DNA from: Dehalococcoidia bacterium
GTDB lineage: Bacteria; Chloroflexota; Dehalococcoidia; DSTF01; JACRBR01
DNA: 64,000 nucleotides
Reading direction: 5' to 3'
Assembly: GCA_040902535.1 (NCBI GenBank)
Contig: JBBDXD010000001.1
Coordinates: 145,161 to 209,160, forward strand
The position numbers and the translations under genes are program-made. Shown here one piece after another: positions 54,182-63,999 of the stretch (positions within the stretch are counted from its first letter, which is position 1; each line of letters begins with the position of its first letter). The notes beneath the pieces are model-generated. The model was not told where the DNA came from and did not search any database. It worked only from the letters and a program-made list of their open reading frames with translations.

Positions 54182-54886
54182 CTACCAGGCGCCGCGGCCC
54201 CCGAACACGGCGCTGGGGGTCTTGAGAACGATGTACAGATCGAGCCACAGCGACCAGCGCTCGATGTACTCGAGGTCGATCTCCACCATGTTCTCGAACG
54301 GGATCTCACTGCGGCCGCGCACCTGCCACAGGCCCGTCATGCCCGGCATCGCGGCGAGGCGGCGCATGTGCCGCTGCTGGTAATGGGCAACCTCACGCGG
54401 GAGGGGTGGACGCGGGCCGATCAGGCTCATGTCGCCCCTGACCACGTTAAAGAGATTCGGCAGTTCATCCAGGCTCGTGCGGCGCATGAACCGGCCGATG
54501 GGCGTCACGCGCGGGTCGCGGCGCATCTTGAACACCATGGGCGCTTCGTGGAAATTGTCGTCTTCCAGTCCATCGCGAAGCAACTCGGCGTCCTTGAGCA
54601 TGGAACGGAATTTGTAGAACGCGAACGGCTTGCCGAAGCGGCCGACGCGCATCTGCTTCACGAACACCGGCCCCGGCGACGTCACCTTGATGAGCACGGC
54701 GATGACTGCGATCGGTATCGCCAGCACCACCAGGAAGACCGCCGCGAAAACCCGATCGAGGATGCCCTTGATCGCGTAGGCTCTGCCGCGGAGTTCTGTG
54801 AAGACGACGGTCTCGACGGATAAGGTCGCCGCGGTCGTCAGAACTTCCTGTCCCGATTCGACGTTTGAACTCATGACGCTGCGCAT
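54182..54886 (-). CDS. small monotopic phosphoglycosyl transferase (Bac_transf/PglC-like priming sugar-1-phosphate transferase)
   Basis: Single N-terminal TM (VFAAVFLVVLAIPIAVIAVLIKV), then PGPVFVKQMRVGRFGKPFAFYKFRSM...DELPNLFNVVRGDMSLIGPRP...YIERWSLWLDLYIVLKT. Start at ATG 54886 (alternative 54874). Confidence 0.8.
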   Translation of the reverse strand: MRSVMSSNVESGQEVLTTAATLSVETVVFTELRGRAYAIKGILDRVFAAVFLVVLAIPIAVIAVLIKVTSPGPVFVKQMRVGRFGKPFAFYKFRSMLKDAELLRDGLEDDNFHEAPMVFKMRRDPRVTPIGRFMRRTSLDELPNLFNVVRGDMSLIGPRPPLPREVAHYQQRHMRRLAAMPGMTGLWQVRGRSEIPFENMVEIDLEYIERWSLWLDLYIVLKTPSAVFGGRGAW

Positions 54887-55320
54887 AGACACCCACCCAA
54901 ACGCCTGGCGTCCCGTCCTGGGCTGCCGGCAGCACTCAACGCGCAATGAGGATCTACCCGGGGCGGAGTATGGTTGATAAACATAACAGCCTTGACAAGG
55001 CCAATCAATAGAACTCCAACCACCGTGTGAACTCCAATGTCAAGGCGCCCACGGGCTGTTGGTCCCGGACGCCTCTTCCCTGCTAGTAACGCCTTCGGAG
55101 GGTGCTCGTTACGGGCGGGCATGCAATTCCCCGGTCAGCCTCCGAAGGACGCGGCGGAAGCTCGCCGCCACGCTTCCCGTTGTACTCGGTATGCGTGCCT
55201 GCCAACAGGGGTGGCGGGGTTAATAACACGCAAACAACACGTTACGGAGGCGCGTTCTTGACGTTTGAGCGCCGCAAGGTCTAAGACGCCGTCATCCCGA
55301 TCCCGTGCGCACGCGGACAG

Positions 55321-55354
55321 GAAGAAGGCCCGCTCGCCGCGGGCCCTCTTCTTC
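55321..55354 (-). terminator. GC-rich hairpin downstream of the 636-aa secreted-protein gene
   Basis: GAAGAAGGCCCGC-tcgcc-GCGGGCC(C)TCTTCTTC lies about 20 nt past the stop at 55375 (reverse strand). Confidence 0.35.
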
Positions 55355-55374
55355 AGACCGTCCTGTGACCGGCC

Positions 55375-57285
55375 TTAGTTGCCGATCGGTGGCGCCAGCG
55401 GGGCGCGTGGCGTACCGCCACCGCCCAGGTTGCTGGCGCTGTTGTTGTTCACCACCTGGAGGATCTGGAACAGATCCTGCATGTCATCGTGGAAACTTCC
55501 GCCATCGCCGAACTCGGCGTCGGCGTCCATCGCGAAGGCGTGCACATCCCAATACGTGTCATCGACGACGTACGCACCATAATCCTGGAACGCATGACAC
55601 AGCTTCTTCGCGTGCCTCGAACTGACCGCCGTTTCGCAGTTCACGCTCGGGTGAATCGCGAGCAGCGCGCCCATCCGCAAGGCCGGGTTATCGCCACCAT
55701 ACGACTGGCAGTCCATGTAGGCATCCGCCCGGTACGCGGGCCAGCGGAACCCGTCCTGCTGGCAGGAAATGAATCGCTGCGCCCACAGGTTGACCTTCAT
55801 CACGTGACGGATGGGGTCGGGCCCGTTCAGTTCGCCCGGCCGCAGGCTTCCGCCCACGCCCGAGAGACCGGAGCCACCATGGCAGCCCCCGCGGCCCTCT
55901 CCGCGCAGATCGAGATAGTCATCGCTCCCGAAGAACGAGTAGTCGTAGTCCCACGAAGGGTTGCCGCCCGGTGACAGATCCAGCGGTTGACCCTGCACGA
56001 TCGTATTGTTGTCGTCGCGCAGGAACACCGCACAGCCGTTCCAGCTGCCGTCGTGCTCCATGTCCGAAGGCACGTGTACCCATTCCTCGTCATTCAGGCG
56101 TTTCACGGGGTCGTTCGGGCTCAGCCCGATCAACTCCTCGTCGACCGTGATCTGGCCGCTCCAGCCGCCGGCGTACTGGATGCCTGCCGGAACGTACTGC
56201 GCGTTCGACCCGATGGGCATGTTCCAGAGCGAGTTGCTCGCGAACGGCCACAGGTACTTGTTGCGCGTGCCGCCGCTCGCTTGAGGGGTCGGCGTACGTG
56301 TCGGCGTCGGCGGCGCCACCGTGGGCGTGTTCGTCCGCGTCGGCGTCCGGGTCGGCGTGTTGGTCCGCGTCGGCGTCCGGGTGGGCGTCGCGGTTGCGGC
56401 CGCCGTCGTCGGCGTCGGCGTCGAGGACGCGACCTTCGTCGCCGTCGGCGTCGGCGTTCGCGTCGACGTCGCGGTCGGCGCCGGCGTATTGGTCGCAGCG
56501 CCCGTCGTCGGCGTCGCCGTTGCTACCGGCGTGTTCGTCCGGGTGGCCGTCGCTGGCGGCGTATTCGTCTGCGTCGGCGTCGCTGTCGCAACGGCCGTAT
56601 TCGTCGGCGCCGGCGTACTCGTCCGCGTCGGCGTCCGCGTTGGCGTATTCGTACGCGTCGGCGAAGCCGTAGGCGTGTCGAGCGGGTCGATCGATGTGTT
56701 ACGCGGCACGCTCACCTCGCCGGCGCGCGTCGCCGTCGGCGTTGGGCTGCGGCGGTGATCCGCCGTGCCCGTATCGTCGTCCCCTTCTACAGGGCTGTCC
56801 GTGTCTCCGATGTCACGCGCGTCGCGGTCGCGGCCGTTGCCGTCACCGCCCGGGCGGGTCGTACCCGTGCGGACTCGCCACCACGCGAGCCATTCCTCGA
56901 CGCGGCCGCGGGCGCCCCGCGACTCGTCCAGGACCGTGGTGTAGTAGTAACGCTCATCGGCGGTGGCGGCCGCGTTGAGCACCGTCACAGGCGCATCGCC
57001 CGTTGCGGCGACGTCCCCCGACGGCATGATCGGATAGGCGACCGCGGCATCGTAGTCGATGGCACGCGGGTCGCCCGGCAAGTCGTCTGTGCTGTTCGCC
57101 GCGGCGCTGGGCGCCACCGGCACTGGCTGTGATGCGATGTTGTCCTCTTCCACCCCTTTCATTCGCTGCCCATCGTCCGTCTTCCCTCGAACTTCTGGCG
57201 ACGAGGGAGCGAGGCCGGTGGCCTTTGTCGCCACCGATGTGACGAGCGAAAGCGTCGCCAGACCTGCGATCAGGCCCAGCGGCAA
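55375..57285 (-). CDS. large cell-surface protein: N-terminal anchor, TPTRTNTP-type Thr/Pro repeats, uncharacterised about 330-aa Cys/Trp-rich C-terminal domain
   Basis: [23 protein letters not shown]-terminus; about 130 aa of [31 protein letters not shown] repeats (56280-56700 at DNA level). C-terminal domain has [18 protein letters not shown]...[27 protein letters not shown]...; no family recognised by eye. Confidence 0.6.
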   Translation of the reverse strand: MPLGLIAGLATLSLVTSVATKATGLAPSSPEVRGKTDDGQRMKGVEEDNIASQPVPVAPSAAANSTDDLPGDPRAIDYDAAVAYPIMPSGDVAATGDAPVTVLNAAATADERYYYTTVLDESRGARGRVEEWLAWWRVRTGTTRPGGDGNGRDRDARDIGDTDSPVEGDDDTGTADHRRSPTPTATRAGEVSVPRNTSIDPLDTPTASPTRTNTPTRTPTRTSTPAPTNTAVATATPTQTNTPPATATRTNTPVATATPTTGAATNTPAPTATSTRTPTPTATKVASSTPTPTTAAATATPTRTPTRTNTPTRTPTRTNTPTVAPPTPTRTPTPQASGGTRNKYLWPFASNSLWNMPIGSNAQYVPAGIQYAGGWSGQITVDEELIGLSPNDPVKRLNDEEWVHVPSDMEHDGSWNGCAVFLRDDNNTIVQGQPLDLSPGGNPSWDYDYSFFGSDDYLDLRGEGRGGCHGGSGLSGVGGSLRPGELNGPDPIRHVMKVNLWAQRFISCQQDGFRWPAYRADAYMDCQSYGGDNPALRMGALLAIHPSVNCETAVSSRHAKKLCHAFQDYGAYVVDDTYWDVHAFAMDADAEFGDGGSFHDDMQDLFQILQVVNNNSASNLGGGGTPRAPLAPPIGN

Positions 57286-57470
57286 CCAGCGTACTTCCAG
57301 TCCACGCAGCAGTGATTGAAGTCGTTCCTTCAGCAGAATGCACCCCCAAACAGACGCCGGCTGGCTTCGCCGGCGTATCCCTTGACCCCAAGGGCATAAT
57401 CGGCCGCCTCCTCCGATCCTGACCGTTCCGGTAGGCCCGTTTGGACGTGGAAAGCCCTTGCTACAGGTTC

Positions 57471-57507
57471 AAAAAACCCTCATATGGGGGCGATCGGAAG
57501 GGTTTTT
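57471..57507 (-). terminator. rho-independent-terminator-like hairpin with T-tract after the GGDEF/HD-GYP gene
   Basis: Reverse-strand reading is AAAAACCCTTCCGATCGCCCCCATATGAGGGTTTTTT: the CCCCCATATGAGGG stem followed by U6, 40-70 nt downstream of the stop at 57546. Confidence 0.45.
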
Positions 57508-57545
57508 ACACTTTGTTCTACGCGTCCGAACAGACGTGCGGAGGA

Positions 57546-59924
57546 TTACGCTGCTTCGCGTTCGAGGCTGCTGCGATGCGCCTGCTCGTGGTCTTCCGCC
57601 GCATCGAAGATCGTCGCAAGACGCCCGCTCGAAGAGAGCACGGCAAGCGCGCCGACCACCCGTGGGCAGAACAGCTTCCCCTTCTTGCGCTCGATCTCGT
57701 CGTAGGCCTCTTGCAGCGACCAGGCGCGCTTGTACGGGCGCTCGGTCGTCAGCGCATCGAACGCGTCGGCGACCGCGACGATGCGCGCCGGCAGCGGTAT
57801 TTGCTCGCCGCGCAGCCCATCCGGGTAGCCGGAGCCGTCCCAACGCTCGTGGTGCCACCGCGCGACGACGCGCTCCGTCTCGAACATCGGCGAGTCGCCG
57901 ATGAGCCGCTCACCATGCTCCGGGTGCAATCGGATCAACTCCCAATCGTCTTCAGTGAGCTTGCCCGGATTCATGAGCACCGCATCGGGCAACCGCAACT
58001 TGCCCAGGTCGTGAATCGTCGATGCAGCGCCAATCGCTTCCGCTTCTTCGTCGGGAAGCCCGACTTCCCTCGCAAGCTCGACGCTATAAAAGCGAATGCG
58101 CCGCAGGTGCCCGCCCGTGTGCGGATCACGCGCTTCCGCCGCATCCGCGAGGCGCGCGAGCGAATCGCGGCTCGCCCGCTCGAGCTGCTGGTACGACGCC
58201 TCCAACTCGTCCCGAAGCAGCGCGACCTTGATGGCCGGCGCCAGGTGGTCGGCAATCGTCGTCAGCACGGCGAGGTTCCCTTCGTCGAAAAACCCCGCGG
58301 TCGTGCTCATGCCGGCGAGCACCGCCAGCGGCTGGCCGTCGAAGCGTATCGGGCAGACCGCCAACGACTGCATGCCGGCGAGCACCATCAACTCGCGCTG
58401 CACGGCAGGCATCCGTGGGTCGCTCGCCGGATCGACGATGATACAAGGCGATTCCTCGGCCGTGCGCCTCAAGAACATCTGCGCCTCCGGCGTCAGGCGC
58501 GCCTCCTCCCAGCGTCTGCGGATCTCGCCGCCTTTGCCGGACGACACGTGAAATGGCGAACTCGCCCACTCGTTGGTCAGCCCTTCGATGAGCACACTCG
58601 TGCAACCCACGAAGTCCCCGATCATGTGCGTCACGGTCTCGAGTCCATCGTGCAGCGAGTCAGCCGTCGCCAGCGCACGTGCCAGGTCGATGTGGATGTC
58701 GCGCTCGCGGCCCGCCCGGATCGCGTCGATGTGCGCGCGGCCGTTCGCAACGACCGCCTGTACCAGGTCGGCGAGCGCGAGCACGATCATCGTATCTGGC
58801 CGAAACGATGCGGACCGCTGGCCCGCGAGCACCAGCACGCCGCTTGATCCCCCTTCATCGGGGATCGGCGCGTCGAGGACCCACGTTTCTCCCGGCAATT
58901 GCTCCGCGACCAGCGAAGCCGTCACCGGACCGCCCGCCGCCGCCGGCGTACAAGCATCCTCGTACTGGGGAAGCGACCCCGCGGAAGCGACCAACGCTGA
59001 ATGACGATCGCGCGCGTCGATCGAGATCGTGCAAAGGCTGAGAGCGAACTCGTCGCGCGCTGCTACGGCGATCTCCTGCAGGATCTGCGCGGTCGTGCGG
59101 TCCGGCTTCATCGCCCGTCCGACGCGCACGAACAACTTGCGCGTGGCGCCCGTGAGCGTCGACACGGATTCGGCCTTGCGGCGATGCTTCTCGCTGTACA
59201 TGCGGCTGTCGGCCGCGGCGAACAGGTCACGAACGCCGTCGCCGTCGTCCGGGTACGTGCCGATCCCGAAGCTCCCCAGCGTCGCCGGCATCTCCGCCTT
59301 GAGCCGCAGATCGCGCAGCGCCATGTCGATGCGGCAGCCGACGTCGAGCGCATCTTTCCGCGTGCGGTCCGGAAGGATCACGGCGAACTCGTCGCCGCCG
59401 AGACGCGCCGCGCAGGCCATCGGTCCGCCCACCGATGCAAATACCTTCGCCGTCTCGGTAAGCACCTGGTCGCCGAACTGGTGACCGTACGTGTCGTTCA
59501 GAAGTTTGAAGTTGTCGAGGTCGGCGATGATCAGACTGACCGGACGGTTGTCCCGCCCGGCGTAACTGATCTCAGCCTCGAGCCGCGACTGAAAGGCGCG
59601 CAGGTTCCAAAGCCCCGTGAGCCCGTCGGTGTCGGCCATCTCGCGCAGTTGCTCCGTCAGCCGCTGCACCTCGCTCAGGCTCTTTTCAATCACCCGCGTG
59701 TGCCCGACGCGCGCCAGCGTCGAGAGCGCGAAGAACGCCAATCCGCCGACGCCCACCGTCAGCATGCCGGCGACGCCCTGGATCGTGTAGACGTTCCCCC
59801 AGTTAATGACGAGCACCATCATGCCCAGCGCGAGCACGACGATCACGCCCGCGATACGGGAGATGAGCACGATGCGCCGCACCTGCTGGCGCGACTCTTC
59901 TGGAAGCGTTGGCGCCGATTTCAC
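57546..59924 (-). CDS. membrane-anchored GGDEF-GAF-HD-GYP protein (c-di-GMP synthesis/hydrolysis enzyme)
   Basis: Two N-terminal TM helices. GGDEF domain GLTGLWNLRAF...LIIADLDNFKLLNDTYGHQFGDQVL...RLGGDEFAV. GAF-like middle. C-terminal HD-GYP with HDLGKLRLPDAVL...HPEHGERLI...HHERWDGSGYPDGL. Confidence 0.85.
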   Translation of the reverse strand: MKSAPTLPEESRQQVRRIVLISRIAGVIVVLALGMMVLVINWGNVYTIQGVAGMLTVGVGGLAFFALSTLARVGHTRVIEKSLSEVQRLTEQLREMADTDGLTGLWNLRAFQSRLEAEISYAGRDNRPVSLIIADLDNFKLLNDTYGHQFGDQVLTETAKVFASVGGPMACAARLGGDEFAVILPDRTRKDALDVGCRIDMALRDLRLKAEMPATLGSFGIGTYPDDGDGVRDLFAAADSRMYSEKHRRKAESVSTLTGATRKLFVRVGRAMKPDRTTAQILQEIAVAARDEFALSLCTISIDARDRHSALVASAGSLPQYEDACTPAAAGGPVTASLVAEQLPGETWVLDAPIPDEGGSSGVLVLAGQRSASFRPDTMIVLALADLVQAVVANGRAHIDAIRAGRERDIHIDLARALATADSLHDGLETVTHMIGDFVGCTSVLIEGLTNEWASSPFHVSSGKGGEIRRRWEEARLTPEAQMFLRRTAEESPCIIVDPASDPRMPAVQRELMVLAGMQSLAVCPIRFDGQPLAVLAGMSTTAGFFDEGNLAVLTTIADHLAPAIKVALLRDELEASYQQLERASRDSLARLADAAEARDPHTGGHLRRIRFYSVELAREVGLPDEEAEAIGAASTIHDLGKLRLPDAVLMNPGKLTEDDWELIRLHPEHGERLIGDSPMFETERVVARWHHERWDGSGYPDGLRGEQIPLPARIVAVADAFDALTTERPYKRAWSLQEAYDEIERKKGKLFCPRVVGALAVLSSSGRLATIFDAAEDHEQAHRSSLEREAA

Positions 59925-59956
59925 ATGGAAATCATCGGCACTTCCCGGAGGCCGGG

Positions 59957-60577
59957 TTATTGGTCGGTTCGGAGTTTTTTGAGAAACGTGCGGACGGCCT
60001 CGGCCAACCGGTCGGCGCCCGGAAACCAGAAGTGGTCGACGCCTTCGAGGACCATCACTTCCCGGCCCGGAGCCTCGAGGCGGGAGAGCGCGGCCGCCGG
60101 CGCGAACGCATCCCGGTCGCCGGTCACAACCAGGGTCGGAATCCCGTCTGGTAGCTGGAGATCGGCTGCCGCGGCGGGCGGCGAAGCGAGCACGAGCGCC
60201 CGCGCACCGATGTCCCCCGCCACGGCCGCGGCGATGACCGCGCCGTACGAATAGCCCGCTAGCACTAGCGAAGCATCCCGGCTCCGCTCGCGTACGTAGG
60301 CGACGGCCGCCTGCGCATCGGCGGCGCCGCCACGCCCTGCATCGAAGTCGCCTTCGCTGGCGCCCGTGCCGCGGAAGTTGAACCGCAGCGTGGTAGCACC
60401 TTCGTCCGCCAAAACATCGAAGAGCGTCATCACGACATGGCTGTCCATGTCGCCGCCGTACTGCGGGTGGGGATGCAATACGACCGCCGCGAGCTTCCCC
60501 TCACCCGCGCGAAGCCGGCCATCGATGCTCAGTCCTTCGGACGCAAACGTGACGGCCCTCTCGCCGCGGCTGCTCAC
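59957..60577 (-). CDS. alpha/beta hydrolase fold protein
   Basis: AAVVLHPHPQYGGDMDSHVV...LAGYSYGAVIAAAVA (GxSxG nucleophile elbow) ...VVTGDRDAFAP. Confidence 0.7.
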   Translation of the reverse strand: MSSRGERAVTFASEGLSIDGRLRAGEGKLAAVVLHPHPQYGGDMDSHVVMTLFDVLADEGATTLRFNFRGTGASEGDFDAGRGGAADAQAAVAYVRERSRDASLVLAGYSYGAVIAAAVAGDIGARALVLASPPAAAADLQLPDGIPTLVVTGDRDAFAPAAALSRLEAPGREVMVLEGVDHFWFPGADRLAEAVRTFLKKLRTDQ

Positions 60578-60933
60578 GTGAGGTCCCGTGGCGACACTTC
60601 GTCGCGGACGCGGCCGCCGAACAGCCGTCGCCAGAACGACAGCCGCACCTCATTCGCCGGACGCTCGGCATCGATGGCTTTCCACACGCCTTCGCGCTTC
60701 TCCCAGCGCTGGCGCAACACGTAGCTGCCGCGCCCGGCATAGCGCACGGCGCTCTCGCCAACGCCATCGCCCTGGCTCAACGCAATGATCTCGAACCGGC
60801 GCGGCGTGACGTGGCCGTTGCCGCGAAGCTGCAGCAGCGCCCGCGGAGTCATGTACGACGCGAACGCCGCATCATCGCCGCGCACGTGCGCGCGCGCCTG
60901 CGCCTCGACGCTCTCCCGGAGTGACTCACCCAA
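60574..60933 (-). CDS. hypothetical protein (NTF2/SnoaL-like size and pattern)
   Basis: 119-aa ORF with a 4-nt overlap to both neighbours; no diagnostic motif. Confidence 0.4.
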   Translation of the reverse strand: MGESLRESVEAQARAHVRGDDAAFASYMTPRALLQLRGNGHVTPRRFEIIALSQGDGVGESAVRYAGRGSYVLRQRWEKREGVWKAIDAERPANEVRLSFWRRLFGGRVRDEVSPRDLT

Positions 60934-61789
60934 TCCCTTCCTCCTCCCTGCGAATGACGAGGACGCGGTCCTTGCCCGCGTAGTCCTTCATAACGTACGC
61001 GTACCCGTCGGGGAAGAAACGACGCGCGACGGTGAGCAATCGCTCTCCCTGCGTCTCGCCGATCTCGGCAGCGAGCACCCCGCCCTCAGCGAGGTGCTGC
61101 GGCGCCTCCGCGATCAGCCGTTCGATGATCTCCGTGCCGTGCACGCCCCCGACGAGCGCGGAGCGAGGCTCATATTCTTGTATCTCGGGTTCGAGCGTCT
61201 GCCACTCACCCTCGGACACGTAAGGAAGATTGGCGAGAATGAGGTCGAATTCGCCCGTGCTCGCAAGAAGATCGCCCGGTCGAAGCATGACCCTGGATCC
61301 GACGCCATATGCCCGCACGTTCTTCGTCGCTACGTCCAGTGCGGCAGCGGATGCATCGGTCGCGATGATCCGCACTTGCGGCGCGTTCTCCGCGATCGCG
61401 ATAGCCACCGCACCGGCTCCGGTGCCAACGTCGATGATTCTCAGGTCGTCACCCCGTCGCGTGATCTCTTCCAGCGCCAGGTCGACGAGCATCTCGGTCT
61501 CCGGCCGCGGAATCAGCGCATCATCCCAACATGTGATCTCGATCCCATAGAACTCGCGGTAGCCGATGATGTACGCAAGCGGCTCATGCTGAATGAGACG
61601 CGCGAGAAGTTCGTCGAACTCCCTCAGTGGAAGTTCGTCGATCGGATCCTGCAGGCGCGCGAGGAGCTGTGAGCGCGTCACCTGCAGGACGTGCGCCAAC
61701 AGCACTTCGATCTCGAGGCGCAGATCGCGCTGCAGCACGTTCTTGAGAAGTGCCGACGTGCCGTGGATAACCTCAGCCGGTGTCGTCAC
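60926..61789 (-). CDS. prmC: release factor glutamine N5-methyltransferase
   Basis: SAM-binding IIDVGTGAGAVAIAIA and catalytic NLPYVS (NPPY-type) motif. GTG start at 61789; the track ORF extends upstream across the rdx gene in a shadow frame. Confidence 0.85.
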   Translation of the reverse strand: MTTPAEVIHGTSALLKNVLQRDLRLEIEVLLAHVLQVTRSQLLARLQDPIDELPLREFDELLARLIQHEPLAYIIGYREFYGIEITCWDDALIPRPETEMLVDLALEEITRRGDDLRIIDVGTGAGAVAIAIAENAPQVRIIATDASAAALDVATKNVRAYGVGSRVMLRPGDLLASTGEFDLILANLPYVSEGEWQTLEPEIQEYEPRSALVGGVHGTEIIERLIAEAPQHLAEGGVLAAEIGETQGERLLTVARRFFPDGYAYVMKDYAGKDRVLVIRREEEGIG

Positions 61790-61791
61790 CG

Positions 61792-62060
61792 TCAGTGCCG
61801 CGGCGGTGTCGCAGGCTTCCCGCTCGCCGCGAGCACCGCCTCGCGCACGTCCTTGGGATCGGGGAAACGGCCTTCCTTCTTGTAATCGAAGACGACCTGC
61901 CCATCGAAGCGCACCGTGAACGCGCCGCCACTCGAAGGCACCAGCACCCACTCGTCGGCCAGGTCGGGGCGTTGGTCGTACAGTTCGCGCGCGAGCCAGA
62001 ACGCCCGGCCGTGGAACTTGCACACCTGGCAGAACTCGATCTCCAGACGGTGCTTCGCGC

Positions 62061-62064
<4 letters not shown>
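61792..62064 (-). CDS. Rdx/SelW-like CxxC redox-fold protein
   Basis: MSAKHRLEIEFCQVCKFHGRAFWLARELYDQRPDLADEWVLVPSSGGAFTVRFDGQVVFDYKKEGRFPDPKDVREAVL has the SelW/SelT/Rdx pattern with CxxC near the N-terminus. The ATG overlaps the prfA stop (ATGA). Confidence 0.6.
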
Positions 62065-63122
<1,058 letters not shown>

Positions 63123-63190
63123 CGTCATACGTGCGAAAACCCCCTCCCCGTGGGCCACAGCCGCGCAACGGTGGGGGTTCTGCCCTCTCA

Positions 63191-63714
63191 TCACATCTTA
63201 ACAGCCCACCAGCAGTGGGTTAGCTCTCGCGTTGCGCCGCGTGCGGCTTGCTCGCCATACAACGCCCCGTACACCCCGGGATCGCTGTTTTCGATGACGG
63301 TCGCGCCGCAGACCTTCGCGTAGAACTCCGCCGGCCCGACGCCGCCGATGATGGCGTATGCGTATCCCAACTCCCACATGCCCTCGAGGCACGGAACAGC
63401 AACGAGGTCCCGGCGCCATGGCCGCACAGGTCTTCGCGCATGCCGGTCGGGCCAAAGTAGCCGCGTCGCACGCACTCGTACACCGCGAAGTCCGCAATCG
63501 CGCCGTCCTTCATCGCGACGAAACCCGTGGTCGGATGTCCGTTCGCGAACGCGAGATCCGCTTCGGATGCCCACGCCTCGCCGAAGTGCTTGAGGATGAA
63601 GCGTTGCAGCGGCGCTCGGTCCCACGCTTCCATCCGACGCACCGCGATGCCGGCCTCGGCCGTGCGCGCATCGTACGCCGAGCTATCGGGCGGCGCGTAG
63701 AGCCGTACGAGCAT
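63191..63714 (-). pseudogene. GNAT-like acetyltransferase with an apparent frameshift
   Basis: The frame of 63220-63714 gives ...FAVYECVRRGYFGPTGMREDLCGHGAGTSLLF (motif A-like GHGAG..LL) and then degenerates. A second frame (63191-63625) continues protein-like: ...CLEGMWELGYAYAIIGGVGPAEFYAKVCGATVIENS (motif B-like FYAK.G). The junction is near 63385-63400. Confidence 0.3.
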
Positions 63715-63724
63715 GTTAGGGATA

Positions 63725-63999
63725 CTACGCGCCGATCAGCCCGGCGACGTCGCCGGCCGGCACGCGCCGCTCGCTGTGGTCTCGCAGGTCCCGCAACGTC
63801 ACTTCGCCCCGGCCAACTTCCGCCGCGCCAATGATCGCGGCAAAGTCGGCATGCTTCGCGTTGGCGTGGCGCAACTGCGCCTTCAGGCTGCGGCCGCTGC
63901 TCCCCATCATCGTCTGGCAGCCCGCCGCCCGTGTCTGCTCGGCGAGTTGGAGGGCGAGGATCGCCGCTTCCGGTGTGAGGTGCGCGATGTACACGCGCG
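63725..63999 (-). CDS. hisS: histidine--tRNA ligase, C-terminal anticodon-binding fragment (gene continues beyond the window end)
   Basis: ...YIAHLTPEAAILALQLAEQTRAAGCQTMMGSSGRSLKAQLRHANAKHADFAAIIGAAEVGRGEVTLRDLRD matches the HisRS C-terminal domain; the frame is open to the window edge. Confidence 0.7.
   Translation of the reverse strand, partial: RVYIAHLTPEAAILALQLAEQTRAAGCQTMMGSSGRSLKAQLRHANAKHADFAAIIGAAEVGRGEVTLRDLRDHSERRVPAGDVAGLIGA

Noticed and set aside
54947-55320. Small plus-strand ORFs 55037-55261 and 55102-55284 and the near-palindrome GCCTTGACAAGGC in the EPS-operon upstream region
   Set aside because: The ORFs are short, Arg/Gly-rich and lack RBS context. The region is more plausibly the promoter and 5' leader of the reverse-strand operon. 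The palindrome is imperfect and unique, so it is not reported as a feature.
56280-56700. Periodic direct DNA repeats (cgtcggcgtc...) that superficially resemble a repeat array
   Set aside because: They lie inside a coding region and encode TPTRTNTP low-complexity protein. There is no repeat-spacer architecture, no leader and no cas genes, so this is not a CRISPR array.
55987-57132. 381-aa extremely Arg-rich plus-strand ORF (RRRRRR... runs)
   Set aside because: It is the antisense reading of the ACG/CCG-rich Thr/Pro repeat DNA of the 636-aa surface protein.
57441-58847. 468-aa plus-strand ORF opposite the GGDEF/HD-GYP gene
   Set aside because: It is antisense to a gene with complete GGDEF and HD-GYP motifs. 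It is a GC-rich shadow frame.
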